NCBI GenBank assembly: GCA_050575255.1
Contig: JBNZDD010013693.1
Coordinates: forward strand, 4,911,522 to 4,975,521
Reading direction: 5' to 3'
From: Harriotta raleighana
Taxonomy: Eukaryota
Length of the DNA: 64,000 nt
The notes below the pieces were generated by a model. The model searched no databases and was not told the origin of the DNA. It saw only the letters and a program-made list of their open reading frames with translations. Position 1 is the stretch's first letter. Each line of letters begins with the position of its first letter. Position numbers and translations under genes: made by a program. Below are positions 54,461 to 64,000 of this stretch, piece after piece.

Positions 54461-54523
54461 AATACATTAATACAAGAAGTAGAATGTACAAGAAAGCAGC
54501 TAGAGGAATATCACCTGGATAAA
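54461..54523 (+). CDS. PPFIA4: Liprin-alpha exon NTLIQEVECTRKQLEEYHLDK
   Basis: long pyrimidine tract, ccctcctag|AAT...AAA|gtaagc; 63 nt, phase 0/0. Confidence 0.94.
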
Positions 54524-55051
54524 GTAAGCAGGATTGAAAAGGTTCTTTCAATGATTCACACACAAAATGTTGTGCCCACATCTATTTTTGCATGTTTAAA
54601 TTTTAATTTTAATTTTTAATTTTCCATGTTCCAATAACATCTTGTATGAGATGGTCCTGTGTGAGGATGGGAAGGTAATATGTGTTAGCTTGGCTAAGTG
54701 AGTAGAACTCTCACCTCTAAATTGGAAGGTTGTGGGTTCAAAGCCCGTTAACATTGACTTGTGTACAGTGTAATCCCTGGTTAACATTTCAATACGAGTT
54801 TGGAGTGAGTTAGCTGATTTCTTGATTGAAATCAAATCATTGAAACTGAGAGCAATGGGAGTGCTAATCATACTAAGTGCTAAGATGGCAACTTACAGAG
54901 TATTCTCCTGAAGCAATGTGACTGAAAAGACAGAAGGTGTCCTGGTACTCAGTGCCCCAATCCTATCATTTAGAGAACACTGTTAGGGGCTGGTATTGTT
55001 GTGCTTTTCAATGGTTTCTGGAAGTTTCATCCAACATGTACACATGTGAAG

Positions 55052-55338
55052 GTAGAATCCTGAAGCTCAGTGGTTGGAGCACTTGCCTTGCGATCCCAGG
55101 CAGGGCAAAAGCTTGAGCGAGTTTCCTTACTCCACATGCCTGATAATAATCCCTCAAAAAAAGTAATAAGAAGAAATTTGACTTTTCAATCCACTATTTG
55201 TGGGACACTGCTGGGCGCTATTCGCTCCCGTGTGAATATACACTTTGCGGTATGTTTTGTGAAGCGCTTTGAGACATCTAGAAGACCTGAACAGCGCTAT
55301 ATCAAATACAAGGATTATTATTAGTAGTATTATTATTA
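55052..55338 (+). mobile_element. tRNA-derived SINE ending ~30 nt before an exon acceptor
   Basis: agctcagtggttggagcacttgccttgc head; tail ggattattattagtagtattattatt. Confidence 0.85.
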
Positions 55339-55366
55339 ACATGTTGTGCATTTCTTTTGTGCACAG

Positions 55367-55458
55367 GAGAGGCTGGCAAATGAAATCAACAAGTTAAGGG
55401 AAGAGGTGGACCAGCTGAATCTCCGAGCCGGTGTTTTTGTAGAAAGTGTGCATCCACG
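55367..55458 (+). CDS. PPFIA4: Liprin-alpha exon ERLANEINKLREEVDQLNLRAGVFVESVHP(R)
   Basis: gtgcacag|GAG...CG|gtaatt; 92 nt, phase 0/2. Confidence 0.94.
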
Positions 55459-55857
55459 GTAATTACACTACTATTTGGGGTCTTAAGAAATGCATGTTTC
55501 TTGAGTTCTTGCATGGAGACGGTTGAAGCAGGAAGTGTTGATTCTTTTAAACACAGATTCGATAGTTTTCTTTTAGGAAATAATGTTATGGGTTATAGTA
55601 CATAGGTACAGTAATTTAGGAAATATGTGCACTTGTCCGCCAGGCAGGTGGAAGGAGAACAAGATCTTCTTTTGTCCAGCATTTTTTATGTTGCTGTTGA
55701 TTCAATTGATTTTTAAATGGTGTCATTAATTCTTATTATAAATGGTGTAAAGTAGTTGACGTAAACTTTAAATAACTTTTTAAGTGAAACAACAAAGGCT
55801 TTGGGTTGATACTGAAGTCGCTTTTAATGTTTTCATTTAAATCCAATGCTTTTGTAG

Positions 55858-55996
55858 ATCTCACTTGGGCAGTACCACGGATCTGATGTTCCCCCTCAGT
55901 CAGGTTGCGGACTCTGCCTCTGAACTCTACGGAACAGCCACAGTGTTACGGAGAGCTCAGAAAGGGCGATTTTCATTGCGAGATGAACCAATAATG
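55858..55996 (+). CDS. PPFIA4: Liprin-alpha exon (R)SHLGSTTDLMFPLSQVADSASELYGTATVLRRAQKGRFSLRDEPIM
   Basis: ttttgtag|A TCT...ATG|gtatgc; 139 nt, phase 2/0. Confidence 0.93.
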
Positions 55997-56145
55997 GTAT
56001 GCAAGCTCACCTGCCTCCAGTTATAATGCTGGAGGTTGATCCATTGAATAGCTTTCCTGCTACTGGGTGTCAGTAACTTCAGTCGTATGGGGCACAGAGC
56101 ACGGGAAGCATTCTGGGCAGTACTGGGGATGGAGGGCAGAGAGGG

Positions 56146-56162
56146 GTGTGTGTGTGTGTGTG
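56146..56162 (+). repeat. (GT)n microsatellite
   Basis: gtgtgtgtgtgtgtgtg. Confidence 0.9.
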
Positions 56163-56280
56163 CAGGAAGGGCAATGAGGAGTGTACAGTATCTTTATGAA
56201 AATAAATTTGAGGATTATTATATACAAATATATGATCATTTTCATATGAAAGTAGCAAATAGTTATCGATGCATAACAGG

Positions 56281-56455
56281 CAGCAGATCAGGCAGCAAGC
56301 ATGGAGAGAGAAGAACATCACTTCTGATGAAAGGTCATGGACCTGAAACGCTAACTCATTTTCCTCTCTCTCTATGGATCTGCCTGACCTCCTGAGTGTT
56401 CCCAGTGGCTTGTGTGTTTATACTAGATTTCCTGCATCTGCAATGCTTTGCCTTG
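56281..56455 (+). mobile_element. Penelope-type repeat remnant with hammerhead-ribozyme-like core
   Basis: CTGATGA-A-AGGTC-atg-GACCT-GAAA-CG at 56324-56350; downstream arm is complementary to 56281-56312 and to 16805-16922. Confidence 0.65.
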
Positions 56456-56929
56456 TGTAAATAGTGATGGTGACTCTCATTGCAATTCTTACACGAACCA
56501 TGCTAATAGCCAATAGCTAACTTGATATTGGTACTTTGACTCACAAGCGCTCTGGGTCGCGATCCTGTGAAGAACGCCATATCAATCAATCATTCAATCA
56601 ATAATTACATTTGTATAGCGCGTTTCACGTCAGGAGGACGTCCCAACAATCAGGTAGGGATCAGAGCAGAAAGTTGTTGATGTTGTTGAAATAAAGTGAT
56701 GTTTTGTTGCAAATGCAGCTTACCTTTGATAAATAACTTTTTCCATTCTTTAAAACCCCGCTTACAATGGATTTCAACAAATGTGAGTTATATACTATAC
56801 ATTTTGCCAGCATTGTTTTTTATCAGTTCCCATTTAGGTAAAATAATACTGAGAAGGGAACTTGAAAATAAATAATAATAATAATAACCCTTTGCATTTA
56901 ATAAAGTGAAATTCACACCAGGAGGATGT

Positions 56930-57240
56930 AAGTCTCAGAGTACTTCATGGGTACTAGTGTGAATGTAGTGACTGTGTGTTTTGTAGGTGAACACCAGTAT
57001 TTGCACACAGCAAACAGCCATGAAGTAAATAACCAATTTTATCTGGGAGGTGTTGACCAGAACACAGCGCGAAACTTCCTTCTCTCCTCTAACAGCGCCT
57101 TTAACATCCTCCATTAATAGACAGATTTCAGGGTACAATGTCTGCTCTGAAGGTCGGCCCCTCTGACAATGCAGCGCTGCCCCACCCAGCTCCTCACTGG
57201 AGTGGCTGCTGGACTGTGAGTTCAAGGTCCCAATGTGAAC
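56930..57240 (-). mobile_element. Deu/SacSINE-like SINE, decayed
   Basis: atttgcacacagcaa...ccctctgacaatgcagcgct...gtgagttcaag. Confidence 0.6.
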
Positions 57241-57777
57241 ATAGTCATGGTGGCCAAAAACAGTCGCTTGTTCCTGGCAGGAGGATGGATGCCAGTGTGG
57301 AGTCACAAAGTTGGTGAACATTCAGTTATAGATTGTGCTTAAATGTAGTTGAAGCTGTGAAGCGCTTTGATGCGTCTCGAAGAATGTTAAGCCACTGTAT
57401 CAAATGCACTATTATGATTTTATTTCTCCTCATCTCCAGTTCCCACCAAACAATGGCTGATTAGTCGGCTGAGAGCCAAGCCTCCCAGTCACCACTATAA
57501 TCTGATTTGAGGCACCAACTGTGATATGTGTGGGTGAGATCAGAATATCTCTTTGCCTGCTGGGGAGGCACAAACTCTGATCTTCCCTCAATACCACTGT
57601 TACCGCTGCTGGGGCTAGCAGAGTCTCATGCTATGATCAAAATGCTGAGCTTCTGATTGTAAATTCAGGCTGTACAGACCAGAAAAGTGGAAGTTGCAAA
57701 TTCAAACCAGGAGAAGGACGCAATGCCATTTGAGCAGCTTTTACAATTGCAAAACCTTGCCGTCTCTTTGCATCCAG

Positions 57778-58004
57778 GTCGAAAATCTCAATCAGCAGGA
57801 CTGGGAGCGAGCTCAGCAAGCAAACGTCCTGACCAATGTGGCACACGCATTCGATAGTGACCCCGAAATGTCCGACATTGACGATGAGGATGGCAAAACA
57901 ATCCTCAGCTCCGCTGACTTGCTGTCGCCCAGTGGACACTCGGACGCTCAGACTCTGGCTATGATGCTGCAGGAGCAGCTCGATGCTATCAACAATGAGA
58001 TCAG
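57778..58004 (+). CDS. PPFIA4: Liprin-alpha exon VENLNQQDWERAQQANVL...SPSGHSDAQTLAMMLQEQLDAINNEI(R), ends at a GC donor
   Basis: catccag|GTC...ATC AG|gcaagg; 227 nt, phase 0/2. Confidence 0.94.
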
Positions 58005-58164
58005 GCAAGGAAAAATGCTTTGAGATTATTGACCAATGATACACGTTGGAGTAACTGTACGATGAAATCTTTACGAAGTGAGAACCTCACTTAAAACTGC
58101 TTTTGTTTTGGTTCCTTTCTGAGATTGTTTGTCTGCCGTGGATTTCAGCCGAAGCCACTACTCA

Positions 58165-58545
58165 CAACAACAACAACAACTTGGATTTATATAGCATCCT
58201 CCACGCCAGACGGCATCTCAGAGCGCTTCACAATAATGGATCCTGGGGCTGAGCCAGGGGGAGGGGGAAAAAGGGGACCAAAAGCGTGGTTGAAAAGAAA
58301 GGTTTTTAGGCGCGACCTGGAAACAGGAAAGTAGGGGGTGAGGTGAAGGGAGTGAGGAATAGAGTTCCAGAGCCTCGGTATAGTGGCTGATGGCATGGAT
58401 GCTGAAGGTGGAACAGAGGATTTGGGGGACAAGGAGGAGGCGAGACCCAATGGAGTGAAGGCAACGGATAATGTTGTGAGGAGAGAGGAAGTCAGAGAGG
58501 TCGGGGGGTGCAGAGCAATTAACAAGCTTTCGTACAAGGTCAAAA
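58165..58545 (-). mobile_element. L2-type 3' fragment
   Basis: (CAA)n tail; LWNSIPHSLHL...FxSRLKTFLF-like in minus ORF 58187..58618. Confidence 0.85.
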
Positions 58546-58624
58546 GTTTCACACACTCACCATTGAGCACCAAAGCAGGGAAAAGAGCAGGAAAAGTTAA
58601 CCGGGTTGAACTAAACAAGAATAA

Positions 58625-58846
58625 GTTCAGCCTCTACACCCTGAAGCTTTGAAACTCTCTCCCTCAATCCTTCTGCCTTGCCCCCTCCTTCTCCTATTTC
58701 AGATCATGCCTGAAAACCTTCCCCTTTGAACATGCTCACAGTCACCTCCCTCTCTCCTCGGTGTCAGTCTCCGACATTGATACACACTCCCAAGACACTG
58801 CTCATGTGAAAGCCACGATATAAATAAGATATTTTAGTTGTTGTTA
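58625..58846 (+). mobile_element. L2-type 3' fragment, opposite orientation
   Basis: gaaactctctccctcaatcc...ttcagatcatgcctgaaaacc...atataaat...gttgttgtt. Confidence 0.7.
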
Positions 58847-59116
58847 TACCGTGGCCTTCGGTCATCTTCCCCGGGTGTAGTTTCTGTAATTGGACAACAT
58901 TCTACATGTTGAATTGATTAAATAGAGAGCTTGCTCTGAGAGCTGACGCTGACTCGATGGTTGAATGGCCTTGTGTGTCGTGAATTCCTACATCCATCAT
59001 GAGCTCAAATTGGAATCTGTTCACTTTGTAACTGACTGGCGATGTAGATGCATCTGATATTGAAATATTTGCTGCTCGAGTAACACCACTGTTTTCTCTC
59101 TCTGTGCGTGTGACAG

Positions 59117-59357
59117 AATGATCCAAGAAGAGAAAGAGTCTACGGAGCAGCGAGCCGAGGAGATCGAACACCGTGTATCCAGTGGAAGTATGGATGGGCT
59201 GAATTTAACCCGAATTCGAGTTGGCACCTCCATCCCAAACTCCCTCACGGCCCTGTCTCTTGCCAGTTCCTCGCCACCAGTTAGCGGCCGTTCCACACCC
59301 AAACTCACCCCACGTAGCTCTGCCCCTGAGCTGGACCGCATGGGCATCATGACACTG
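59117..59357 (+). CDS. PPFIA4: Liprin-alpha exon (R)[24 protein letters not shown]...[10 protein letters not shown]
   Basis: gtgacag|A ATG...CTG|gtgagt; 241 nt, phase 2/0. Confidence 0.97.
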
Positions 59358-60410
59358 GTGAGTACTGCAGGGTGGGGGGGGGGGGAGGTGTGACAAACGG
59401 GCCTTTCAAAGCGCTTTGCAAAATATACCGTGAAGCAAATTAATTGACTGTATATTTTGCGGGTGAAATGCGGCAGCCAATTGTGAAAATCAGTGTCTAC
59501 CCATTGCTCTTCGTGGCACCTGCTTAATCTACCCCAAACTTCTTGAAGGTTATTGACCTACCATACATTTGTTACCTGTACATCAGGGGGACGTCCCAAG
59601 GTGCTGGGCAGTCATTGTTTCAGACCCCAGCAGGGGTCGGAAACGGGAAGGGTGGAGGGAAAGAGGGGCAGGTTGGTAGGATGACTTTTGCCTGTATGTT
59701 ACAAGGACAGATTTGCTGAAGTTGCCTTCACTAGAAAAAAGCTTATAGTGGGAGAGAATAATCTAATCCTGGTCTTTAAAATGATGCAAAACAATGTGAT
59801 TGTGAAGATGTCAGACAGTTATTGATTTAAACACTTAGCAAAGAAGCCAAGGAGAAGGGATTGAATTAAATTGTTTTAGAGTGGGTCAGAGTTTGAGGTG
59901 TACAACCTGACAATTTTTTGATTGGAGAATGTGAGTATGGACTCCTTCAGTAACCAGAAGTACATCATCCTGGGAAATCACATGTAAAAGTAGATTGTGA
60001 TATATTCTTGAACAACAACAACTTACATTCACACGGGGGCAGTGTCTCAGAGCATTTACAAGTGAAGGAGTTGAATTGAACAGTGCCGATGCTTGATGTT
60101 GAGCCTGGGAGAGAGGGAAGGTGTCTGTCAGCACGGTTGAATGGGAAGATCTTCAGGTGTGATCCGTAGATGGGTTTGGAGGGGACGTCCTTGAAAGGTG
60201 GATTCCGAGAGCAGCCCTCAAATCCGTTGCCATCAAGGCAGATACAAATTTTGAATTTTATTGTGATGCCATCCTTCCTTGTGTGCTTCAATGACAGTCA
60301 AATGCTCAGTGGTTGGTGTCTATAATCTGATTTTATTTTATTATTGGTGTTTCTTAATTCCTTCCCGCTTTTGATTTTGTCTCTCTTCTCTTGCTGCTTC
60401 TGATGTTCAG

Positions 60411-60440
60411 CCTAGTGACTTAAGGAAACACCGACGGAAG
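60411..60440 (+). CDS. PPFIA4: Liprin-alpha 30-nt exon PSDLRKHRRK
   Basis: long pyrimidine tract, gttcag|CCT...AAG|gtaatt; peptide matches the known liprin-alpha motif; phase 0/0. Confidence 0.95.
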
Positions 60441-60815
60441 GTAATTGGAAATAACAATCACGCATTTTTGGAACACAATTTTGCTTCCTCCCCTTGCCCA
60501 GTGCCTTTCTTCATACTCTCGTAAAAGTGAGGGGTGGGAGTGCGGAATTCTCTGCCACAGTCAATAAACTACTTTCCAAAACATTACTGAACACAGAAGA
60601 AGAGAGAGTAAAATTGACAGAAACGGGGAAAAGTCAGGGATGGCTCATCTGGAGTATAAAAAAACAGCCGGATTGGATGGGACAAATGGCCTGTGCCTTT
60701 TATGAATCTGTGATTTTTTTTTAAATTCAAGGAATAAGCTTCAACAACCGATTGTAGCTCAGAAATATTTTCCCAAATAATTTCCAGCATTAGCTAAACT
60801 TGTATCTTGTCTTAG

Positions 60816-60955
60816 TCGCCAGCGACACGAGACGACAGCCGGGAAGATAAAACCACAATCAAATGCGAAACGTCACCTCCCTCCTCGCCCAGGACCATGA
60901 GACTGGAGAAGCTAGCACACTCCCTACAGTCAACCAGCCAGGAGGAAAGCCGAGG
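60816..60955 (+). CDS. PPFIA4: Liprin-alpha exon SPATRDDSREDKTTIKCETSPPSSPRTMRLEKLAHSLQSTSQEESR(G)
   Basis: tgtcttag|TCG...GG|gtagga; 140 nt, phase 0/2. Confidence 0.94.
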
Positions 60956-61896
60956 GTAGGAAGTCATTCCACCACTTTTAAAACTATCAAAGTTGTGAAA
61001 TACGTTCATTCAAGGCACATACACACACACAGGCGCGCACAATACAATTTACATTTAAGCAGCACGTTTGCCATTGGGACATGCTTGCTGGAGCAGTGGG
61101 AGAGGAGATATGACCCACAAGGCGATCACTTGCTTGCTGAGCGAAGTGGGCATCTGGGTTGGTATGGTTGAAACGTTACTAATAATAATAATATTGAGCA
61201 CAACACTGAGCTTGCCATGTTTTTACAACGATGAGAAGTATAGATTCCGGAGCTGTAAGGTTGTCTATTTGATATGGGCTATCAGAGCACAGCTGGAGGT
61301 TTAAATAGCTGAGTGTCTGAGAAGGTTGAGGATGTCAATACATTTAGAATTCACATGTCAAAAAGGAGCGGTGGAAAAGTCACATGCCTTCCTTCACTGG
61401 CAATGTTTGTTGACCTTCAAATCACTCACCCGCCTCCACCCCACTTTATAGCCGAAACTTGCATCCATGCCTTTGTCATTTCCACACTTGACTTGTCCAG
61501 TTTCCTCTCCCGCGCCTTGGAGCGGAAGAGGAAGCTTAAACAATGTGATTCCAAGTCCTGAGGTGGGTCTCAAACCCACAACCTTCTGACTCAGAGCCGG
61601 GAGTGTTAGTGGCTGGGCTGCCTGTCCTGATGCCAAAGAAATACATTGAATCATCCATTTGTGCACTTTCTCTGTATTCTCCATTATCTTTCCATGTGCT
61701 TGTCCAATTGTTCATTAAATGCCCCCAATCAACTCTCCTCCAATCTGATAAATCATCTTACTCTTCCAAACTTCCCCTCTCGTGCTCTTAGTTTTAATGA
61801 ATTATCCAGTATGAACAGTGTCTAGTTTTAAGATATATGTGGTCACCAATGTAAACAGGTTGCCGGTCTATCTTTAACATTCGCTCTTGCTTTCAG

Positions 61897-62069
61897 CATT
61901 TTAACTGCAGAGGAGCAGGCCAGCAATCCCAGCAGCAGTAACAGCAGCCAGGACTCACTACATAAAGGCTTAAGGAAGAAAGGCATCAAATCCTCCATTG
62001 GCCGTTTATTTGGCAAAAAAGAGAAGGGACGGCTGGGCCAGTTCAGCAAGGACATCACAGCGGGGCACG
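61897..62069 (+). CDS. PPFIA4: Liprin-alpha exon (G)ILTAEEQASNPSSSNSSQDSLHKGLRKKGIKSSIGRLFGKKEKGRLGQFSKDITAGH
   Basis: gctttcag|C ATT...CAC G|gtgcgt; 173 nt, phase 2/1. Confidence 0.94.
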
Positions 62070-62216
62070 GTGCGTAGATTCCCTTTACAATGGGATTTTC
62101 AAACTCCAAGGAGAAAGCATGATCTCCTGATTTGTTCATCTCTCTTACTTTTTTGTCCGACATGTTAACATTCCAGGGTCACTTATTAATTTAATCTCGT
62201 CAATGAATCTTCATCT

Positions 62217-62337
62217 TCCGCCCACAAATATACAGTCAATTCACTTTACAGTATATTCTGTGAAGCACTTTGGGACGTCGATAAGATGTGAAAAGTGCTA
62301 TATCAAATGCAAGGATTATTATTTTTATTATTATTAT
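62217..62337 (+). mobile_element. SINE 3' fragment
   Basis: cccacaaatatacagtcaattcactttacagtatattctgtgaagc...aaatgcaaggattatt. Confidence 0.9.
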
Positions 62338-62521
62338 CTCTAGCTGTGACCTCCTCCACCTCTCTTAGACTATAGACCCAATGCCTAATGGTGGAGAGGA
62401 GAGATAAGGAGAGAAAAATAGAGGGAAAGTTGGGGAGAAGAGAGGGTGTCTGTATCTACAGCATAGTCATCACACTGCACTCCGAGTGTGACAGACAGAC
62501 AAACAGGTGCCTGAGTACAAG

Positions 62522-62645
62522 ATAATGATAATACGAATAATCCTTTTGATATAGTGTATTATCAAGTTTTCGAGACATCTCAAAGCACTTCACAGAATAC
62601 TGTATATTGTAAAGTGAATTGACTGTATATTTTGGGGGGCAAAAC
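62522..62645 (-). mobile_element. SINE 3' fragment
   Basis: aataatcctt..gatatagtg...cacagaatac...gtaaagtgaattgactgtatatt. Confidence 0.85.
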
Positions 62646-62732
62646 GATAACATCCATATAAAAAACATTGTATTTTGGAACTAAATTGATATTTAGTGAC
62701 TGTCAAAATATTTTTTTCTCTCTGTTTTGCAG

Positions 62733-62747
62733 GATATGGATATTTGG
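62733..62747 (+). CDS. PPFIA4: Candidate 15-nt microexon adding GYGYL
   Basis: tttttttctctctgttttgcag|GATATGGATATTTGG|gtgagt; multiple of 3 and stop-free in the phase-1 intron. Confidence 0.7.
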
Positions 62748-63304
62748 GTGAGTAAAGAACACTTTTCTGTGGAATAGGTGGAGTTGGAATAGAGCTTTAA
62801 ATCATACTGTATATAAAATATGGAATAAACAGATATGATCTGCTCATTTGAAAGCAGGGGAATGAGAGGTTAGGGTTGGGAGGGGTGGGATTGGGATATC
62901 TTAGCTTTACATCACACTCAGCAAGGTAAAAATGGTTTTAATGTGTTGGCAAATTTTCCAGTTACATATTTGATTGTTTGCTTACTAAGAATTATTTGGG
63001 GCTTCCTTATTTTGTGTGGGTACATTTCCTTCCTTACTTGAGGAGAATTGTTGTTATCCAGTGAGTTGTTACAGTCTGGAATGCATTACCTGATAGGTGA
63101 AAGCAGATTTGATAATAGCTTTCAAAGGAGAATTGGATATGTACTTTAAAAGGAATAATTTCTTTAACAGTTATTAATAATAATCATCATAATTAATAAT
63201 GAGCAGAGTTCTATGAGCAAATGGAGGTTATGAAACATCCTTTTTATTCATTTAAAAACAAAATAAGATTACTTCTTTGGGTCCAAACATTTACCTTCAT
63301 CCAG

Positions 63305-63398
63305 GTGGCATATTAGATGCAGATATGAACATCCAGGACTCACTTAGCCTGAGCAAGCTGGGAACGCAAGCAGAGAGGGACCGGAGACTGAAGAAAAA
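63305..63398 (+). CDS. PPFIA4: Liprin-alpha exon (G)GILDADMNIQDSLSLSKLGTQAERDRRLKK(K)
   Basis: cttcatccag|GT GGC...AA|gtaagt; 94 nt, phase 1/2; KLGTQAE.DRRLKKK motif precedes SAM1. Confidence 0.95.
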
Positions 63399-64000
63399 GT
63401 AAGTTTCAAGTTTGAAATAATCTCAAAATATTTACTCGAGAGGAGTGAAAACTACAGCAAAAGCAGGAAATGCTACAGTTTAAACAAATGCATTTGCTCT
63501 GCTTAGTTTGTTTCCAATGTCGATTGATTTTTTTCCAGGTGTATATGCTGAGTGAGGCTCCATTCTACATTTTATGCACAGGTCAGAATGCTGACTGCAC
63601 AGTGGCCATTTCCACTCTCTCTCCAAGTGTTGGTAGTTCAGGTGCAATGAAGGTGAATCACACTCCACTGACCCCACCAGTCAAAAATCAGTTCATTGCT
63701 GTTCAAACTTTTGCCCATAATAAGCGAGCGATATACAAGGTCATCATTGATAGCTGCAGCTCATACTATATACTGTTCTCTATCATTTATCCATCCATCC
63801 CTTTTGCCTGCCTGGGTAACACTTCGGCACTTTCCACTGTGCTGATACCAGTTATCCAGATGCAGTCTCCAGTTGTACCTCCATCTATTTAAGTAGCTTC
63901 TACCCATCAGAGGAGGTGGTGATGTTGGCTCTGCCTACAACGTTCACAGATCTGGAGTCCAGAAATGCATGGTTGAGTGGATGGAAGAGCATAGACAGAG

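Noticed and set aside
61904-61911. Alternative acceptor actgcag|AG inside exon 61897-62069
   Set aside because: Would shift the frame relative to the phase-2 upstream exon

Overview
Vertebrate genomic DNA. The repeat content (tRNA-headed SINEs with L2-like tails, Deu/SacSINE-like SINEs, CR1 and L2 LINEs, Penelope-type repeats) suggests a cartilaginous fish; this is an inference. The whole window appears to lie inside one + strand gene encoding a liprin-alpha, most like PPFIA4. I read 18 coding exons by hand from 24140 to 63398, covering the N-terminal coiled-coil region up to just before the SAM domains. All splice phases are consistent. I also found a candidate 15-nt microexon. The start exon and the SAM-domain exons lie outside the window, and the first 24 kb is probably one large intron. 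Most ORF-track entries are spurious or repeat-derived. Notable items: the frame-preserving 15-nt microexon with an inverted SINE pair just upstream; a GC-AG intron; a 1111-bp solo LTR with a CAAT target-site duplication; a Tigger-like MITE; a hammerhead-ribozyme-like core in a Penelope-type remnant; a decayed hAT-like transposase; a speculative intronic transmembrane ORF; an unclassified dispersed repeat; and two N-centred duplications that look like assembly artefacts. Nothing here is firm evidence of a wholly new biological system. Repeat boundaries are approximate unless termini are quoted.
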